NCBI GenBank assembly: GCA_023231475.1
Contig: JALJEE010000911.1
Coordinates: forward strand, 1 to 39,279
Source: Seison nebaliae
Lineage: Eukaryota
DNA: 39,279 nucleotides
Reading direction: 5' to 3'
Below are positions 35,686 to 39,279 of the stretch, piece after piece. Positions within the stretch are counted from its first letter, which is position 1. Every line of letters starts with the position of its first letter. The notes beneath the pieces were generated by a model. It did not search any database. It worked only from the letters and a program-made list of their open reading frames with translations, and was not told where the DNA came from. The translations under genes and the position numbers were made by a program.

Positions 35686-38600
35686 TTATCTAAACTAAAT
35701 AATCAATACAATAAAAAAATGAAATAAAAAGTTTTTAAATTGTTTTATTTGGACATGTGAGGGAATAGTTGTATCGTTTTTTCACTTATTTATCGTTTTC
35801 TTTTGGGGGGGAAGGAAACATAAGTGCAAGTGTAGAAAACGATAAGAAAATTTGAAATTTTTTCCTTCTAAAATTAAAAACGATAAGAAATAATCTATTT
35901 TCCTTTAAGTTAGTAAGTTAAGGAATAATAATAGTTTGAAACTAGTAGTTTCTTGAATTTCTGAGAAAATTATTCATTAAATTCACAAAGACACCGATTC
36001 ATAAACTTCGAGAACAACGGATTATGTTTAGTTTCATTGGTAGCAGAGACGATCATCAGAGATCGATAATGGTCGAATTAAATGATCAATATGGCAGGAG
36101 GTAACAAAGCACCGTACGTGGTCTGTTATCTGAAATACTTATCGAGAAAAGGACCAATTTAAGAATATGTTTAAAAAATTTGACATAAATTGTCAAAAGT
36201 ACGACATCAATATGATTATATCAAATTGTGAAAATTGTATAAAAGTCTCTTATTAATTGTTTACATCGAATATTGACAGTACATAAACATATTATGCTAA
36301 CGACCATAATAATAAGGTAGAATGGTTTGTTTTTCTATTGAAAATAATAATCTTGGAGACCATGTAAGAGACTTCATTAACTAAGTTATCCAAATGGAAC
36401 ATACGTATTATCAAGTGAATTAGCAGAATTGTTACGAAGTTGTCTGGAGAATTTATCTATTTTTATACACATATACTATTCAATATAAAAAAATTTATAT
36501 AACAATTTCTTATTATAATTATTACAGAACAACATTATTCTTTAGGATTATTTAAGACTATTTTTTATTTAAGACACAAAATCCCCATAAGAATTCTAAA
36601 ATAAAATGAATAGAAAAGATGAAGATGAAAATATAAGAAATAAGATGAAGAACACGAGACAACAAATCTTTCAGATGAGTAGGGATATAAGATTCAATAA
36701 CAAAGTTATCGACGAGTGTTTCCAAAACATCCATATAAATGGTATATTGAAGAGCATAAAATTATTAGAAAAATTTTGCAGGATTCTTGAAATCTTCCCA
36801 ATCTGCATATGATTAGGGATTAGACAGAACATTTTCATTTTTCTCGATTATCTCGCCATATTTTGTTTTAACGATATTCGATTGTTTCGACGATTTCAAC
36901 AACTAATCATATAATCTCTTTTTTTGACACCTTTCCTCAAGTTTATATGTTATGTAAAGATCTAGTAACTAGATGTTTATGAAAAATGTGCAAAGTATTT
37001 TTAAGCCAAATATTGAACCAACATTACAAAACAAAAATTTTAAATTAAACATTTAATAAAAACAATATTCACGAATTTAAAAAATAATCTACAAACTGTA
37101 TGGCTTGTGTATGTCAACCTACCCATTCTGATAAAGAAAATAATAAGAACGGTTGAAAATAAAAATAGTTTATAATACATCTTAAGGAAATATATTTCCG
37201 TATTATTTGAAAAAACCTACCATTTTTAACGACTTTCCAAAAAATGAAACGAAGATATGTTCGGCGTACAATTTCAACTGACGTGAGAAACAATTTCTTC
37301 GCAAAGGAACGAAAAATCGATATTCTAATACAAGTTCGTACCTTACTGAATTAAACGGATTGATATTGTCCATTATGACGATTGTATGAAGGTCTGTCCA
37401 TCAGTCGCTTTGGTCTATTTTTCAATACTGTACTTAAGTATTATTTAAGTTATTATTTTTTTTTCAGTTTTCATATTTACATTGAATTTCGAAAATGAAA
37501 TTTCGTTTTCCTAAAAAGCTATCTGATTAATTACGATATTAAAAACTAATAACTTCAGAAAAAACTTAAAAATTATAAACTTAATCAAATATATTGAAGT
37601 TTAATTATGATGGAAATATGTTCAAAAGTATGTTAGAAAAATTTGCAAATTAATTTCACGAACAAAGTTTCTTGAATGAAATAGAAATAGTTATTGGATT
37701 ATGAATATAATTCAACATTGGTTTTCTGTAGTTGCTCGGATACATTTCCAATTCTTATTCCAATACTTTTTATATTTCAAATAGAGGGGAAAATCTTTCA
37801 GGAATTTTATAGGTAATCCATGAAGTTTGAATTTCAAACTTTGAAATAATTTGAATATTTTAAATTATTTATTTTTTTAAATTTGAAGGAAATATTTAGC
37901 AAGCTGTTTGAAATAAATTTAAATAATTAAAGAAATATTGTAGTCCGATGATGATGAAGAGTTAGAAACAATCTGAACAATCGAATAAATCCCATGGACA
38001 ACACAAAGGAATTGGTATGCAAAAACACAAACTAATTCTGTTGAAAAAAAATAGAATCAAAAAACTATGTTAAGTTATTGATTAACCGAAACCTTCTTCG
38101 TCCATCATCTTGTGAATGTGAATTGTATTTGCATTCATTCGTTTCACAGTTATTTCGAGGCATATTTGAATAATTGACAAATTTTTTTTTTATTTCTTAA
38201 GAGCGACGAAGTTAGAAATTGAAAATAGAACTTTATGTGAATCAATAAATTAAAATGATGACCAGGAGCATGACATATGATGTTATATAAAGTAATGACG
38301 TTGTGGATGATGTAAAAATGATATTGGAAGATATTCTCTATGTATGATGATATTTTCTCTTTTCTTTTTCAGAATTATGATTATTTATAAACTTCATTTA
38401 TAGCTAATAATGTTAGAAGATAAGAGATTAATGTTCCTATCAACGTTCTCTGTATTTACACAGATTTATAATTGATCCACCATTCAGTTTGTTTGGACGG
38501 AATATTAAATATTATTATTAATTTGATGTAATGTACATTTATTATTTCGTTAAAAGTATTCTAACCAATAGTAGCAAACTGACTGGTTTAGGGAATAAAT

Positions 38601-38892
38601 GGATCGGAAAATATATTATTCATTGGAATTTAGCCTTCGGATGAAAAGATTCTTATAAGACTCTATATATATAAGCAAACAGAACTATTAATTAACAGTT
38701 CTTCACGGAATAGCAATGTTCCACAATGAGATACTGAAATAATAACGAAATTAATTTTCTAAACTTCTTCTTAATTAAAAATAGGAATACACCCATGTTC
38801 GTATATAAGTAACACCAATTACTTACACAATAAATGGAAATAATTGAATATTGAATTGAAATGATTGAAACATATCAATTTTCGGAACGACA

Positions 38893-39002
38893 GACAATTC
38901 GGAGACTCGACAATTCGGAGACTCGACAATTCGGAGACTCGACAATTCGGAGACGCGACAATTCGGAGACGCGACAATTCGGAGACCGACAATTCGGAGA
39001 CC
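38893..39002. repeat. 16-bp minisatellite, 7 copies (GACAATTCGGAGACTC and variants)
   Basis: Units start at 38893, 38909, 38925, 38941, 38957, 38973 and 38988. Variants are ordered ...ACTC x3, ...ACGC x2, then a 15-bp ...ACC x2. Confidence 0.95.
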
Positions 39003-39279
39003 ATTTTCAACGACGCAAATTTAAGTAAGTTGTCTTCTATGATAGATACTTATTAGATAGATACTAAAATTATGTTCTTAAAAATAAAAGCTTAAATTGA
39101 ATCTCGTGTTGTCGTCTCGTCTTATTTGTTATTTATAATAATGAGTGAATCTTCTTTTGTAATTGCCTAAATTGGAACGAAGAAAGTAATGGAAATTAAG
39201 GAAACGACCACGGAAAAAGGGAAGCGATGCGCTATATGGAGAAATTACTCCTTTCGAGTTTCGCATATTTGGAAGAACG

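Noticed and set aside
36000..38800. Short ORF-like patches such as 36606..36812 and around 37940-38030
   Set aside because: They are interrupted by stops, give no consistent splice model and match no family I recognise; probably decayed repeats.
38893..39002. CRISPR-like array, and the ORFs 38819..39010 and 38865..39056
   Set aside because: The units are contiguous with no unique spacers, there are no cas genes, and the context is eukaryotic. The ORFs are translations of the repeat.

Overview
AT-rich eukaryotic (animal-like) genomic DNA from a very compact genome with short spliceosomal introns, mostly 42-65 nt, read in the standard genetic code. A small spiralian or rotifer-like invertebrate is a guess. 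Hand-splicing gives ten protein-coding genes: two divergently oriented, two-exon secreted genes with a degenerate PAN/Apple-like plus fibrinogen-like layout (0.7-3.1 kb); a complete 14-exon axonemal dynein heavy chain (DNAH10-like, about 4792 aa, with a 10.1-kb central exon and an RFX X-box plus forkhead promoter); TMEM147 head-to-head with a WW-less WBP4/FBP21; SNAPC3; a 6-exon coiled-coil orphan mostly missed by the ORF track; a striatin-like protein lacking WD40 repeats; and a 6-exon, about 1390-aa secreted precursor studded with convertase sites. A tandem pair of divergent C-type-lectin-like genes brings the total to eleven. The last ~6 kb is mostly degenerate repeat or pseudogene debris, with a 16-bp minisatellite. 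The most striking signals are a 5' splice-site consensus shifted to GTT (12 of 13 dynein introns, 19 of 25 overall) and the unannotated polyprotein precursor. No database searches were possible; family calls rest on recalled motifs.
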